Shown here: positions 12,363 to 25,204 of the stretch, piece by piece | Numbering within the stretch: position 1 is the first letter of the stretch | Layout of the letters: every line of letters starts with the position of its first letter | Source: Eledone cirrhosa | Lineage: Eukaryota | Reading direction: 5' to 3' | Assembly (NCBI GenBank): GCA_964016885.1 | Contig: OZ024743.1 | Span: 87,358,001 to 87,422,000, forward strand | Length of the DNA: 64,000 bases | The notes under the pieces: generated by a model | Told to the model about the DNA's origin: nothing | What the model saw: only the letters and a program-made list of their open reading frames with translations | The model's database searches: none | Made by a program: the position numbers and the translations under genes

Positions 12363-13232
12363 ATGGAGGAGGAATCAGGAAGTCATCCAGGTGAGGATAA
12401 ATACAAACAAAATATTTTGGATATTTGTTCTGGCCTGTCTAATATGAAGATTTCACCCCTTAACAACAACTTTCCCTTAGGCAAATGTGATCTATGTGAT
12501 GTACCAGTGACGAGCAAAATTGTTGCAAAGCAACATTATGAAGGTAGGAGACACCAAAATAATGTTAAAATTCAATCTAAACCAATCCTTTCAAACAATA
12601 TACCTGAAAATTCCACACTAGTAGACACAATATTTGGGGATAGATGTGGGATATGTAATGTGGTATATACAAGTGCAGTTAATGCAGCTGATCATCTTAG
12701 AGGCAGAAGTCACTTGAAAACCTTTAAAGAATCGTCTGTTTTGAAAATAATGGATACATTAAAGTGTGATATTTGTTCTGTTACATTTACTGGAAAAACA
12801 GATGCCTATGCTCATTGTATTAGTAAAAGACATCTGAGAGCAGTTGAAAATATAACTGCACTGAAATACAGTCCTGGCTCTTCTCCTCAGAAAACTTATC
12901 CTGATTCTAAAATGTGTGAACTATGTGATGTGCCATTGACAAGTAACATTGTTGCTAAACAACATTTTGAAGGTATAAAACACCTGAGAAAAGTTAAAAT
13001 TCAATCTGAACCAATCATTTCAAACAGGACACCTTTGGAAGATAGATGTGAGATATGTGATATTGTACTTACAAGTCAAGCTCATGCTGATGAGCATTTC
13101 CAGGGCAAACCACACTTGAAAAGAAGTAAATTGTCTGTTAATAGCTCTACTGAAAAAGGATGCACTATCAAAAAACAATCTCAAGAAATACTAACTGAAA
13201 ACATTTGGCAGAACAATTTAAACAAATTATAA
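12363..13232 (+). CDS. Zinc-finger protein with five matrin/U1C/JAZ-type C2H2 fingers (ZNF385/ZNF346/ZMAT-like), single coding exon
   Basis: Intact 289-aa ORF with five C-x2-C-x12-H-x5-H motifs and long linkers; polypyrimidine tract and CAG acceptor ending at 12341, 21 nt before AAGATGG; AATAAA at 14060 and 14075. Confidence 0.9.
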   Translation: MEEESGSHPGEDKYKQNILDICSGLSNMKISPLNNNFPLGKCDLCDVPVTSKIVAKQHYEGRRHQNNVKIQSKPILSNNIPENSTLVDTIFGDRCGICNVVYTSAVNAADHLRGRSHLKTFKESSVLKIMDTLKCDICSVTFTGKTDAYAHCISKRHLRAVENITALKYSPGSSPQKTYPDSKMCELCDVPLTSNIVAKQHFEGIKHLRKVKIQSEPIISNRTPLEDRCEICDIVLTSQAHADEHFQGKPHLKRSKLSVNSSTEKGCTIKKQSQEILTENIWQNNLNKL

Positions 13233-14059
13233 ACACAAATTGAGCAAACAACATGCAAACCTTGAGTGAAAAGTCTTCATAATCTATAATATTTATTAAT
13301 AATGGAAAATCTAAGTTGGAAAACTGAAAAGCAGGCAACCAAAGATAAGTGCTGTTGATTTAAAGTAAAAGAAAATATTGAGAAATTGCATTGGTGGTTA
13401 AATATATTTTTTTCCTATGTTTCTTTATGGTTTTCAGTTAACTGAAAAATGAATAATTTCTGATGGGTTTGAAAGGTATGTTCTTTCAAAACACATCAAA
13501 AGCCAGAGAAAATCATAAATTTCTCATTTAATATGAGATAGGTGTAACTGTAAAAAAAATATATATTGTCAAAATAGAGATGTTGGACATGTGGAATGTT
13601 GAGAAAATAATATAGACATATTGAATGTTGACAAAATAGTGTTGTTGACATGTAGAATAGTGATCAATTGTTGACAAAGTAGATGTTGGTATTATTTGAA
13701 CTCAGAATATAATCTACAAATTATACATAGGCAGTATGATACACTTATTATGTACACAATAATTTCATTATTATTATTATAATTACCTAATCAAAACAAT
13801 ATTTCTAATGAAAAATGCTGTTTATGGTTTTCAAATAATTTTGAAAATAAGCTGCTGTTTGGAACATAACTTCTTACATAAAATTATAATGGAAATGTTT
13901 TTAGATAAATTAAAGTTGCTCTTGTTTTTCACCTTTTTCTTATTTGTGATTCTTTTACCTCTTCTTTTTCTTTTCCTGTTTCTCTCTTGCTGTTTTTTTA
14001 ATTGTAGTGGGTATTAGATAGCTCTCCTAGTCTGTCATGGCATACATTTAAATTGATTG

Positions 14060-14080
14060 AATAAAAATACTTAAAATAAA
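14060..14080 (+). promoter_or_regulatory. Candidate polyadenylation signals of the zinc-finger gene
   Basis: Two AATAAA hexamers at the end of ~830 bp of unique AT-rich sequence, just before TE debris resumes. Confidence 0.45.
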
Positions 14081-14409
14081 CAGTTTTATATCATAAAACC
14101 AAGGGTGATTACTCCTCCTACTTCTTGGGAGAGTTGTTGGGAGCAGAGATCACTCCAATTGATCAAACTAGATCCCCAAATGTTGATCTCATGGATGTTA
14201 TCCAAGCATATACTCATGGTCTGCCAGTTAGTTTTGCCCGTAAAATCTGTCCAACATTTCTTTTCTGAGACATTCTAAATGTTTATCTGTAACATTGGAG
14301 TTATGATCTCTCAATTCAGAGAAGTAGTGGTACCACCTGGAACTATGTACTTCATCGAGTAACATTACTCCCAAATCCCTTTGGGGGACCCCATTTTGGC
14401 CGCTTGTAT

Positions 14410-14975
14410 TCACGATCATATTCTTTCAGTCATTATCCAAGATTCGTGACCATAAGGGTTGGCGTGAATACCAAATTGAAGATAGTGAATTTGGCTTTTA
14501 TACCTACCTCCCTTCCTCCGATGCCTGAATGCTGACGTTGGCACCAGTTACTGCAAGTCTTGCACTTAATTCAGCCTACTGCTTTACATCGCTCATGAAC
14601 ATCGCCCCAAGGTACTTGGACTTCTCCACATGTAGAGTGCACTGCACAGGCTTCCTTGAGATGATGAATGCCTCAGTCTTCACAGCTCTGATTTTCATCC
14701 CTGCCATGCATTTCGGAGATCACCTTCTGATGAGTTAAGTAATACCATGTTGTCTGCAAATTCCAGCCCCTACTGATTCTACACTCACCAGCCTTGATAC
14801 CACAGCCCAGCTGTGCATGTCAATCCAGTCCATGAAGATTGTGAACAGGAAAGGTGAGTGTAGGCACCCTTGGCAGAGTCCGACTCCCCCATTGAATGGT
14901 TTTGACTTAACACCATTTATCCGAATACAAATACTTGGACATTTGTATGGCGACATCAGGGTAACAAGAAGCTGA
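14410..14975 (-). mobile_element. Decayed RTE-like reverse transcriptase fragment
   Basis: GVKSKPFNGGVGLCQGCLHSPFLFTIFMDWID and a downstream KYLG-type motif, with frameshifts. Confidence 0.75.
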
Positions 14976-15499
14976 AAAATGTCACAATAATCTGCCCACT
15001 AATAAAGATACCATAAACATTTGAATTAAATCACACAAAACCCTATTAACAAGACTTTTGTAAAGAACAAAACAACACTGACTGCATCACATTAAATATT
15101 AAAGTCTTTACTTTAGTTAACTGAAAGGTTTCACAATGATCTACCCTAATAAAGATACTATAAATATTTGAATTATCAAACTTGTTTTTAGATATTTTCT
15201 GCTAAATTATTAGAGGTTGTTAAGGGTTAAAGCACAATAATAGCTACCATATCTGTGAATAAATATATTGACATTACTAGAGTACAAAATTCATAGTTTC
15301 TATCTAGGCTTTCAATACGAGCATGATTTGAATAGCTCACACATTGCTGGTCTTTCTAGACCACATAATGGTAATCTTACCAGCCCACACACCCTGCTAC
15401 ATACTGTCCATTTCTACATGTTGTTCACAAATCTCTTGCTATTAAAAAAAAACTCTTTCAGTTTTGCAGTGCTTGGATCTCCTTGGTGATGAAGCTTTC

Positions 15500-16405
15500 A
15501 TCCTCTTGATAAAATAAGTAATCAATAGCAGATAGGAGGTCATCAACACTGTGATATTGGGTCCCAGTCAAGTATCTTTTCATGTTGGGACACAAATGAT
15601 AGCCAGATGGGGCCAAATCAGTTCAAAGCCACAGTCATGCACAGCAGCCATTGAAACCAAGGACTTGTGTGCTAGAGTATTGTCCTGATGAAACAAGATC
15701 CCTTCCATCAGTTTTCCTAGGTGTTTGGTATTGATAGTCTTTCATAACTGCCTCAACAAGTTGGCATAGTACTCTCCATTGATGGTGTTAACCTTTTGAA
15801 GGTTGTCAATTAACAATGTCTTTTTCATCCCCCAAAACTGAGGCCATCACCTTCCCTGCAGATGAAACGACCATGGCCTACTTTAGAGCAGGTGAGTAGA
15901 GGTGTTACCACTGCATGGATTGTCTCTTTGACTCTGATTCAAAGTGATGAAACCAACACTTATCCTGGGTTATTCTCAGAATATTCTCAACTCTCTAATG
16001 GGATATGCTAAGAGTATTAGTTACTTAATTTATAGTCATTTGCCTGTCATCCATCACCATGTGGTGAACACGATCAATGTTTTCCTTGGTGGTGGCTATT
16101 TCAGGATGTCCAGAGCTTGGGTCACCTTCAAAACTTTCCCTTCCCCTTCCAAATTCAGCTGCCCATTTTTGCACTGTTAATAAAGCTGGAGCATCATCCT
16201 CTAATGTAGCAACCATGTCATCATGAAATGTCATTGGGGGCTAAACCCTTTTTTGCTAAATTTTGTACATTTTCAAGAGAAGTCATTAGATGTCAGTTTA
16301 CTGATGCAGTTATTAAGAAGAGTTGAAATTAATGCAAACAAGATTCCACAGCTCCAGCATCACTCCTTCATAGTCAGTCAATGTACTTTTGAGATCACCC
16401 TCCTA
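15500..16405 (-). mobile_element. Decayed mariner (Tc1/mariner) transposon
   Basis: TVQKWAAEFGRGRESFEGDPSSGHP...ENIDRVHHMVMDDR mariner N-terminus; LHQDN- and LAPS-type motifs downstream; TIR-like GGAGGGTGATCTCAAAAGT next to TA at 16404-16405. Confidence 0.88.
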
Positions 16406-16439
16406 TAATAACATTTGAAAGATAATCAAAACATATTTT

Positions 16440-17040
16440 CAACTCGCTCTTTGATCAACCGAATCGTTTATTCAGTGTCATACTTTCTGTTAGTGCCAAA
16501 TTTTCAGGGGGTTAGGTCGATCCTCGGTCTGGATGAGCTTTGCATATCCATCGCTCTCAGATTCAGGGCTAAAGTCTGTAGGGAATGGAATTCGTTGATA
16601 TGGAAACTCCCCCTAATTCTATGGGTCCTCATGAATTGTCATGTCGGCTACTTGCAAGTTGCTATGCTCACCACACTGAGTTGAAACTAATAAATAATTA
16701 AACGATTAGAGGTTGATGCCTCATATAGGACACCACTGTCAACTATTATTTTGCTGCAGCATTGATGAGGATCATCACATCCATAGTCAAACAGTACAAA
16801 ATTGGGAAATACTATTTAATATTGGTAAATCACATTTATAAGACTGTGTAATTCGAAATGTTTGGGGAAGCTGGACTGTTGGCTATGAGGTTTTTGTCAT
16901 AATTACTGGAGTATCAGGTGATGTTCGTGAGGGTGCTTGGCTATTCCATCTCCTCAGTCTCGCCATCACCTGTACATTTTGGCATAACATTTGTTTGAGG
17001 AAAACACCAACATCCACTTTTGCAGCCTGTAATCGACTGT
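16440..17040 (+). mobile_element. Decayed CRE-like non-LTR element, 3' (REL endonuclease) portion
   Basis: Fragments LCISIALRFRAKVC and FEMFGEAG...SGDVREGAWLFHLLSLAI resemble the C-terminus of CRE-clade ORFs. Confidence 0.55.
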
Positions 17041-18510
17041 GTATATCTTCAGTTTTTTTTTCTTCTGTAATTTATATTTTTGTAAATCTTATTCCTTATA
17101 ATAACTGTGTTTAAAGATATTAAAAAAATGAGTGTGTGCATCAAAAAGAAAAGTCTCGTTTAGCCCGTAAACCAGCTAGATAAAGCAGCCATAAAAATGG
17201 AGATGATGAAGCGATGAACATGTAATATAAAAAATATGTTAAAACAAAATTTTTAAATGTAGTGGGGGGAAAAACGAAACGAAATATACGATTTATCCAC
17301 TGAACAGAACCTGTGATATTGACAGGTATGATAAAGTTACTAACCTAAATTTTGACAATAAAATCAAAATATAATTATGAATTCAAGGGAACCTATTCTA
17401 GTAAAAATATAACGTTTCTTTACGAGTTATCTCCCTTAATGTGATTGTTGAAAAGTGGCGGTAGGATTGACAATGTTAAGTTAATTGGTAATTTGACTTT
17501 ATAAGTTGCTTTTATTCTCTTACTGGTGTCAATCATTACACTACAGCCATGATGGGGTACCACGTTGAAGGGATTTAGTCGATCATATCGACCGCAGTAC
17601 TTATATTATCAACCCCTTTTCGTCGAACCGCTAAGCACATACACATACAAACATGTATGTATACACATGTGTGCGTGTACACATATTTATATATAATATT
17701 AATACACACGTGTATATATATATATATATAATATGTGTGTGTGTGTGTGTGTATAAATGTAAACAGAAATAACAAAGCAAACGACACAGTACATTGAGGA
17801 AATATATTAATTTAATGTTTAAAATAACAGGAAAAAGACCCTTAAGATTTCGGACACTAGATAGAGTTAGAAATAAAAGATAGAAAGATAAAGAGTGAGA
17901 AGAAGGGGAAAATATCGTGCGTATACTGTCAACCTTTCGGGAGATTTGCTGCTTAAGGGTTATCTTACGCGTTAGAGTGGTTTAGGAAGGGAAGTAATCA
18001 TTCTATATTTGGGGATGGATATATGTGTGTGCGTGCGCGCGTGTAGGTGTCTTTCTATGTTTGAAGGATAGGCATTGGACAGTGACAAGTTGGCTGCTGT
18101 GTGAGTGTACGACGAATCAAACGCAGACCACCCAACTTCCCAAACTCGGCTTACGTAACCGGACCGCTACGTTATCAAGCAACAGCTGTCATATTACATA
18201 GTTTCTATATATAAAATAAAGCCAAAGCGTTTATTATCTGTATCGACTATGACCCCATTACGTAATAGGCTGTGCTTCACCTTCTCCCATTCTTTCTCGG
18301 CTTTAAACCCTCATACTATCCACTTAGATGACATGATGCCGATCATCAGGAAGTATAGTTCTTATCCTCATGAAACAGCTATGCAGAAATATTGAAATTT
18401 CGGAATTTTACCATAGTTAAGTTTTTTATACTTACTATCCTATTTGGAAATAATCGAAATTTTACCATTTAGTAAGTTCTTTTACTTGCTATCCAATAGG
18501 AGGAAACATA

Positions 18511-18563
18511 ATAGCACCACTGATGATGTCGCAGATGTGTGACGAAAGAACTTTGATAGACTA
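18511..18563 (+). ncRNA. Hammerhead motif with intact core and weakened stem I
   Basis: CTGATGA at 18520, stem II GTCGCA/TGTGAC, GAAA, minimal stem III; stem I only partly paired; followed by (TA)n. Confidence 0.55.
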
Positions 18564-18726
18564 TATATATATATATATATTTATATCTGTATTTTTAACC
18601 GTTGGTCAATCAATGATAAACATTGATTGCCAAATAAATTAACTTTGGAGATATAAAAAATACAGAAGCGAAAACCAACCCAAACTAAACAGTGAGTGTG
18701 TTCTGTTATTATTTCTGGCAATATTA

Positions 18727-18915
18727 GGGCGGTGGATTGGCAGTATCGTTAGAGGGTCGGATGCCATGATCTGAGTTCAAATCCCGCCGAGGTTGGCTTT
18801 GCCTTTCATCCTTATGGGGTCGATAAATAAAGTACCAGTCACGCACTGGGTCGTTTAATCGACTTTCCCCTCCCCCAAAATTGTTGGCCTTGACCCTATA
18901 CAAGAAACCATTATT
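18727..18915 (+). mobile_element. Near full-length tRNA-derived SINE
   Basis: GGCGGTGGATTGGCAGTATCGTTAG (A box), GAGTTCAAATCC (B box), family core and 3' TTGGCCTTG..AGAAACCATTATT. Confidence 0.88.
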
Positions 18916-18953
18916 TCTGGCAATATTATAACAATATGACCCTCCCCAAGTAT

Positions 18954-19014
<61 letters not shown>

Positions 19015-19304
19015 AATGGTAAGAGTCGATCTTCTAACTACTTTACTCTCAGATTTTCTGATGTCATTGTGCCTATACAATCGTACAAACACGGATATTA
19101 TGTGGAAACATTTGTCTAGATATCGGAAAGTAAGTAAATGAACCAGGTGAAGAAGGGTAAAAAAAAAAAATTCTTTACGTTATTGTATAATCATTTACTT
19201 ACTTTCTGATTTTCATATGCCTTTGTGCCTATATATAGAGAGAGATCGACAAGATCCCAGACCTCATTCGCTTAATACTATCTATCGGTCGCATCTCCAG
19301 GCAG

Positions 19305-19458
19305 AAGGAGCAACGTGAAACAAAGTGTCTTGATCAAGGACATAACGCATCACCCAGTCCGGGAACCGAAATCACAATCTCACGATTGCGAATCCAATTT
19401 TCTAACCACTCAGCCACGCGCCTTCACGTGGCTGAGTGGTTAGAAAATTGGATTCGCA
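19305..19458 (-). mobile_element. CORE-type SINE with a fold-back duplication of its head
   Basis: AAGTGTCTTGATCAAGGACATAACG CORE-like block (also at 7090-7120); perfect 32-bp inverted repeat 19387-19418/19427-19458. Confidence 0.75.
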
Positions 19459-19819
19459 TATTAAAATAATTCCTACAATTCTAAACTTCCATAAGCTTAA
19501 TGAGAAGCCATTTTTACATTTAACGCTTCATGATGACAGCGTACGCACACAGTTGGTAAATAAATACCTGTTCTATGTTATATATAATTGATTCTGATGA
19601 TTTCTCTACAAAGGTATTGAAAACAACATCCTTTCGAGTAGAATGTAGGGTCCCATAACTCTCGATAAACTCGTAGGGTGCATGGTATTGACATACGCCG
19701 TTTCTTGGGTATTTTAAGCCTGGCGGAGCCTATCCCTCTCCAGGCCTGAGTTCAGCAGATTTCTTCCAGTGAAAGATAGAAAGTGAGAGAGAGGAAACGA
19801 GAAAGAGATACAGAGGAAG

Positions 19820-19978
19820 AATCGACCCCAGTACTAGACTGGTACTTTTTTATCGACCTCGAAAAGATGAACGGCAAAGTTGACGTCGGTGGGATTTGAA
19901 CTCAGGGAGCAGAGAGCCGGAACGAATACGTTAAAGCATTGCATCCGACGTTCTCACGACTCTGCCAATTCGTTGCCT
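19820..19978 (-). mobile_element. tRNA-derived SINE
   Basis: CTGGTACTTTTTTATCGACC...GGGATTTGAACTCAG...CTCTGCCAATTCG. Confidence 0.85.
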
Positions 19979-20322
19979 GGAGAAGAATGAAACATCTGTA
20001 AATCAAATAAATAATGTATTGATTTTTAACCGTTGGTGATCTTTTATTTGTATTATATATGGTCTGTAATTTGAAAATCTACGATGATCGGGAGTATACT
20101 AACTGGACTTATCTCCGAACAGCCTTTCGCCAATATGGATATTGAAAACATTAGATTAGATCTTTGAATATCTGAATACCGTGTATGGTTGTATTATCAA
20201 CCCATAAAATTTACCTTGAAACAATTCTAGTCCTGTAGAAACCATTTCTATATTAAATTTGATGTTTACACTCTATTAATCTATTGAGTACCTTACTTAC
20301 TGTGGTTACTCCGGATAGACCC

Positions 20323-20359
<37 letters not shown>

Positions 20360-20385
20360 CCTCTCTCACTCTCACACACACACAT

Positions 20386-21900
20386 TAGGGTGTTCCATTT
20401 TACAAACTATTCGCCAATCATCTCACGTCGATTATGTCCGTGTTTAACGAAATATGTCGAATTGTAGGTCAATCGAATAATATTTTTATGGCAATTTATT
20501 GTCCTTTCTGTTCACTTTACTGAATTCAATGTGGAACTCACACGACAGAACGAAATGATATGAAAATAAGCCGGAGGAATATGTTTTAAATACATAATAA
20601 ATAGAGGGGTTAAATAGAGAAACACTTTTTATTAGTGAAATTTATAACCGGAAACGAATTTTTCTAGATCTTTCGTAAGTTGTTCTTTCAACAGAACTAT
20701 TTTGATCCCATATATGGCCTTAGCCATCCAACGAGCCTGGCGATAAGCTCCTCTGACTAAGAAGGACAAATGGCTAACCACCAAGATAGAGAAGGGAGAG
20801 CTTTATGAACTCGGCATAGTTTTCTCAGGAATGATCTCCAGAAAGCAGTACAGTCAGTAGATATTCCACCATCTCCTCCCTGTTTTTGCTTGTAAAAATC
20901 TTCCATGAACTCATTGTCGTCCCAACGTTCTTAGAATATTTTGTACATTAGGATACCGGGACCAGATGATGGGGAAAGATCTCGAAGTCTTCAAAACCAG
21001 TTCAAGAATGTGATGGCGGCAAGCCAGTCTGAAAAGTGTATGCCGGTGTTACTGACGGTGGTGTTGATCGACATACCAATTATTTTATCCTCAATTTTGT
21101 AGTTGTTTTCCTTCAAAATAATTTCCATCTCTAGCAATCGGAACACCTAAGAGCTCTTCCTTTCCTTTTCCCGTAATCATAACTACAATCCAATCTTCGA
21201 ATGTGCTGGATTGGGAAGCCAATGGTAATAATTCTTCATCCCAGTGGAGGACTAACCAGGATGTGTTTTCAGGTGGGAAAGTGGATAATTCGATTTCCTG
21301 AGCCATTTTCTCACGGTCACTAGTTCTTGTTCAATAAATAGTTGAGGATGAAATCGAGAGTTCCGACACATTATGACCAATTGCGGTGTAAGAAGCAAAT
21401 GCTTATTCCTACGCAGAATTTTCAAATCTTACGCTTTGCAATTGTTTTATCAGTCATCCTTGACTTTTCTTTTTTTAGACTTCATTTTTTCTTCTTTGAT
21501 ACTCCTTATACAATTTCTCAATTGAAGTGCAGATGTTTTTTTCCGTTTTGGTAGGGGTATTTGCTTTCCCCCACACTTCCTGGATATTCTGGCTAGTGTT
21601 TTTTTACGGTAACTGAAATTGTCTGCCTGAGTTCGACGTGATGGTAGAGAAAGCACAAGAGCATCTGTTGTTTAGTGAGTGTCAAGTCTGAAGAAACTTT
21701 CCCTCGGGCTCTCTCTCAAGCAGCCAACTGGCTTCTCTCGTTTCCATTTTCATATCCTCTGATAGAAATGAAAAACAAAATCAATCAATCGATTTTATAT
21801 TAACGAGCCTTTGAAACCTCTAAATGTGTCTTCACGTATTTTCGTCTCTGTAGCTTTCTTCTAAAATGGATTCAGGGCGTAATTGCCATGAGGTGATTTC
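20386..21900 (-). mobile_element. Decayed hATm-like DNA transposon
   Basis: Minus-strand fragments WLVLHWD...EELLGVP, ACRHHILELVL and GAYRQARWMAKAIYGIK; terminus TAGGGTG at 20386. Family assignment is from recalled motifs. Confidence 0.65.
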
Positions 21901-21930
21901 AACATAAAAAATTCCCTATAGACATGAAAC

Positions 21931-22023
<93 letters not shown>

Positions 22024-23045
22024 ATTTATTATTAGTACAGATAAAATTTTAAGCAAAGAATTTCTGCTTTCACCCTATTCAGGGTCTTCTGTTACAGAAT
22101 CCTGATTTGAAAGACTTCGCCAGGTGGTGCTATTAAGTTAAACATGACCTGGGCCAATACTGGTCAAAACCTATCAAAGTTATATATATATATATATATA
22201 CACACACCAATGTGTACACATATGCACATTTCCGCCAACGAAGGACAAAACACACATACAAAAGAGAAATCCCATCAATGATATGCAGATCCACGAAATG
22301 CACTCTATCTACATAGTAACATTTAAAATAAGGACTCCATAGTTTGTCTGATTTATGACTTTAAATGAATGTGTGAGTGGAGACGTATATGTGTAAGAGA
22401 TTTTATTCATATACATATATCATGTTTGATTATCAATTTCTTACTTTACTTTTAATGTTTTCCCACTCTTCATTTGGCCACACTCTCTTCCTCGTTTCTC
22501 AGATATCCTCAAGTGTCCTTTAATCAGTACTCTATTTATCTTCTCAGCTAATCAATATGCATATTCATCTTCTATCTGTGCTGTTTGTTTTATCACACAC
22601 ACATCATACCAGCAGAAATATTTATTTTTCTGTTGCACGATCCAGCATTTTAAAAATGGTACTCTCAATTAAATCGTGCGAAACCATTTTGCTGGGTTGA
22701 GAGCTGATGAGGGTGAAGATGTGTGGGTGAATTTGTCTTGTACATTGCCTTTCTTTATTGCCTTCTTCGAGTCACTTCTATGCACCAACACACTTCTCCT
22801 TGTCCTCCTCCTCTCTCATTCTTTTCTACATTACATATGCCTGTCAGCCACCTCGTGGATTGTCTCTCTGTTGACCACTGGTTATTGGTTTCTGTCTTCT
22901 GAGGCATTCTGTCCAGTGCTATCATTAACAGCGTTCGGGTGTTTTAACAGCTGTTCTAGCGATGAGTTTTCTAATTTTTCTATGAATTCAAATATACTCC
23001 CCCATCCTCTCGATCAGATACAACAACGTTTATTCACATGAATAA

Positions 23046-23090
<45 letters not shown>

Positions 23091-23149
23091 TTGAAAAAAA
23101 TGAAAACGAAATTTCATTTCTCACTCTTAGTATGGCACTTACTTAAATG

Positions 23150-23215
23150 TAAGTATGTATGTATACGTACATACATATATGTATACAGACGTACAGTAGC
23201 ATGCATATATATACA

Positions 23216-23253
<38 letters not shown>

Positions 23254-23362
23254 CATACAGGTACACATACATAAATTCAGGCTGTTCAGTTTGTTGACAA
23301 ACGAACAAAGCGGCAATCGTCCGCTAAACTGATGCGTGCATATATGTATGTGTACCTGTATG

Positions 23363-23411
<49 letters not shown>

Positions 23412-23462
23412 GCATGCTACTGTACGTCTGTATACATATATGTATGTACGTATACATACATA

Positions 23463-23466
<4 letters not shown>
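23150..23466. repeat. Near-perfect ~120-bp inverted repeat with ~70-bp spacer
   Basis: 23150-23272 is the reverse complement of 23343-23466, including unique words (CAGACGTACAGTAGCATGC; CAGGTACAC). Confidence 0.9.
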
Positions 23467-23551
<85 letters not shown>

Positions 23552-23553
<2 letters not shown>

Positions 23554-25200
23554 GTTGTAGTGGCGATGAGCTCTCACTGCTTAAAAGATGCTCCTCGCGG
23601 CATGCACCTCAAATAACCTCGGATAACCAATTCCAACTCCTGGCTTTCTCGTGTGGATTAACATGCAAGCCCAGTGGAACTGTTGCTATTGACAGTAGAA
23701 GGAACGTAGGTGCGTTCTGGCACCTTCAAAGCAGGGCTCTGGGTAGATGGTACTCGTCAGCCTAGGTGGGTAGTCAATCTAAGAGAAGGCAAACTCTGAT
23801 TTTAAACCTCAGCTTTTAAGGACAATACAGGCGATCCTGAATCGAGAACAGCTAGTGCTACTTCGCAACTTCAACAACTTCCATGTCAAAGCTTAGCGCA
23901 AAGTTTCCTGGCGTCATCCCTGCACTGAGAAACATGCTCCTAACCCGGTCTTTTCAGAGCACTGGCTGTAACACAGATCACTCCATGGTTTGATGCAATC
24001 TCAAACTTCAACCAAAAATGATACACTACACCAAGCCTCCGGGCAAGCAGCCTATCAATACTACTGCGACCCAGCAGCCAGCCAAAGCAGTTGCATTCCT
24101 CAAGTTACAGGAGGATACCCTCCTCATCGACCCACTGGAAGGTAATATTCAGCAAAGATAAGACTCTCAGGGACACAATACTTAGCACAACATTGAAGAC
24201 CTTCGCGAAGAAGCGAGCTCAATGTCACCATGGTTGAGAAGCGCATTGCCCCGTTGGAGCAGAAGCAGCAACCCACCGGGGAAATTCTGAGAGCACAGAG
24301 ATCATCGAGGAACAACCAAACAAAAGATTGTGAGACGTTGTGCAAATTACTACTGGTATGCAAATTAATTACTACTAAATGCAAAAGTCAGCTGTTGGAA
24401 TGATGGATGGAACATTACTCCAAGGAAAACAGCATCTTGGACAACGCACTAGACACCGTGGAACATCTACTCCTCATGGAGGAGCTAGACATATTACTGA
24501 CTGCTGAAGAACTGAGCAGGGTCGTTGATGGTTTGCCCACTGGGAAAGCACCAGGATTGGGCGGCATCTTATCAGAGGTGATCAGGTGCTCAAAGGGAGT
24601 TCTACTTGGCCACATGTTGAAACTACTGTGTCAGTGCTGGGAGGAGGGAAGAATCTTGCAAGACACGAGAGACTACAACATTGTCCCCCTCCTATAAGAA
24701 CAAAGGGTACAGAAGCGACTACAATAGCTATCGAGGCATCTCACTGCTAAGCATCGTTGGGAAGGTCTTTGCCCGCGTGGTCCTGAACAGACTACAGAAA
24801 ATCGCTGAGAGGGTATACCCCGAATCTCAGTGTGGTTCAGTACACTCCACCATCGACATGATCTTCTCCCTTTGACAGCTACAGGAGAAGTGTCGAGAGC
24901 AAAGGCAGCTACTCTACATCACCTTCATCGGCTTAGTTAGTAGAGACGGTCCAAATACTTCCAAATACTTGATGTGGCTTCTCAGGATAGACCAATCGTT
25001 TCATGCAGATATAAAAGGTATCGTTCAATTTGATGACTCTTCTTTGAAGCATTTAACATATGTAGTAGTGTGAAGCAGGGCTGTGTGCTTGCTTCCAACC
25101 TGTTTGCCATCTTTTTTGCATTTATGCTGAAACACACATTTGGAACGTAAACTGATGGTGTCTACCGTCACACCAGATAAAACGAGAAGCTGTTTAGTCT
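23552..25200 (+). mobile_element. Decayed, internally deleted RTE (BovB-like) LINE retaining its 5' UTR
   Basis: Begins at the end of a (TA)n tract; UTR motif CTAAGAGAAGGCAAACTCTGAT; GKAPG, YRGISLLSIVGKVFARVVLNRL, YPESQCG, STIDMIFSL and VKQGCVLA fragments. Confidence 0.88.
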
Positions 25201-25204
25201 GTCA

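Noticed and set aside
17825-17860. Minus-strand GAAA-TCTTAAGG-GTC half hammerhead
   Set aside because: The CUGANGA half is missing.
18727-18790. tRNA gene
   Set aside because: A and B boxes belong to a SINE head; no complete cloverleaf.
22530-23041. 121-aa ORF or possible coding remnant
   Set aside because: No recognisable motif; the opposite strand is full of stops; could be old TE debris but cannot be assigned.
23552-23640. HDV-like ribozyme at the 5' end of the RTE (TGC-TCCTCGCG-GCA)
   Set aside because: The P3/L3-like motif is present, but P1 needs a bulge and the GG of P1.1, J4/2 and P2 could not be placed.
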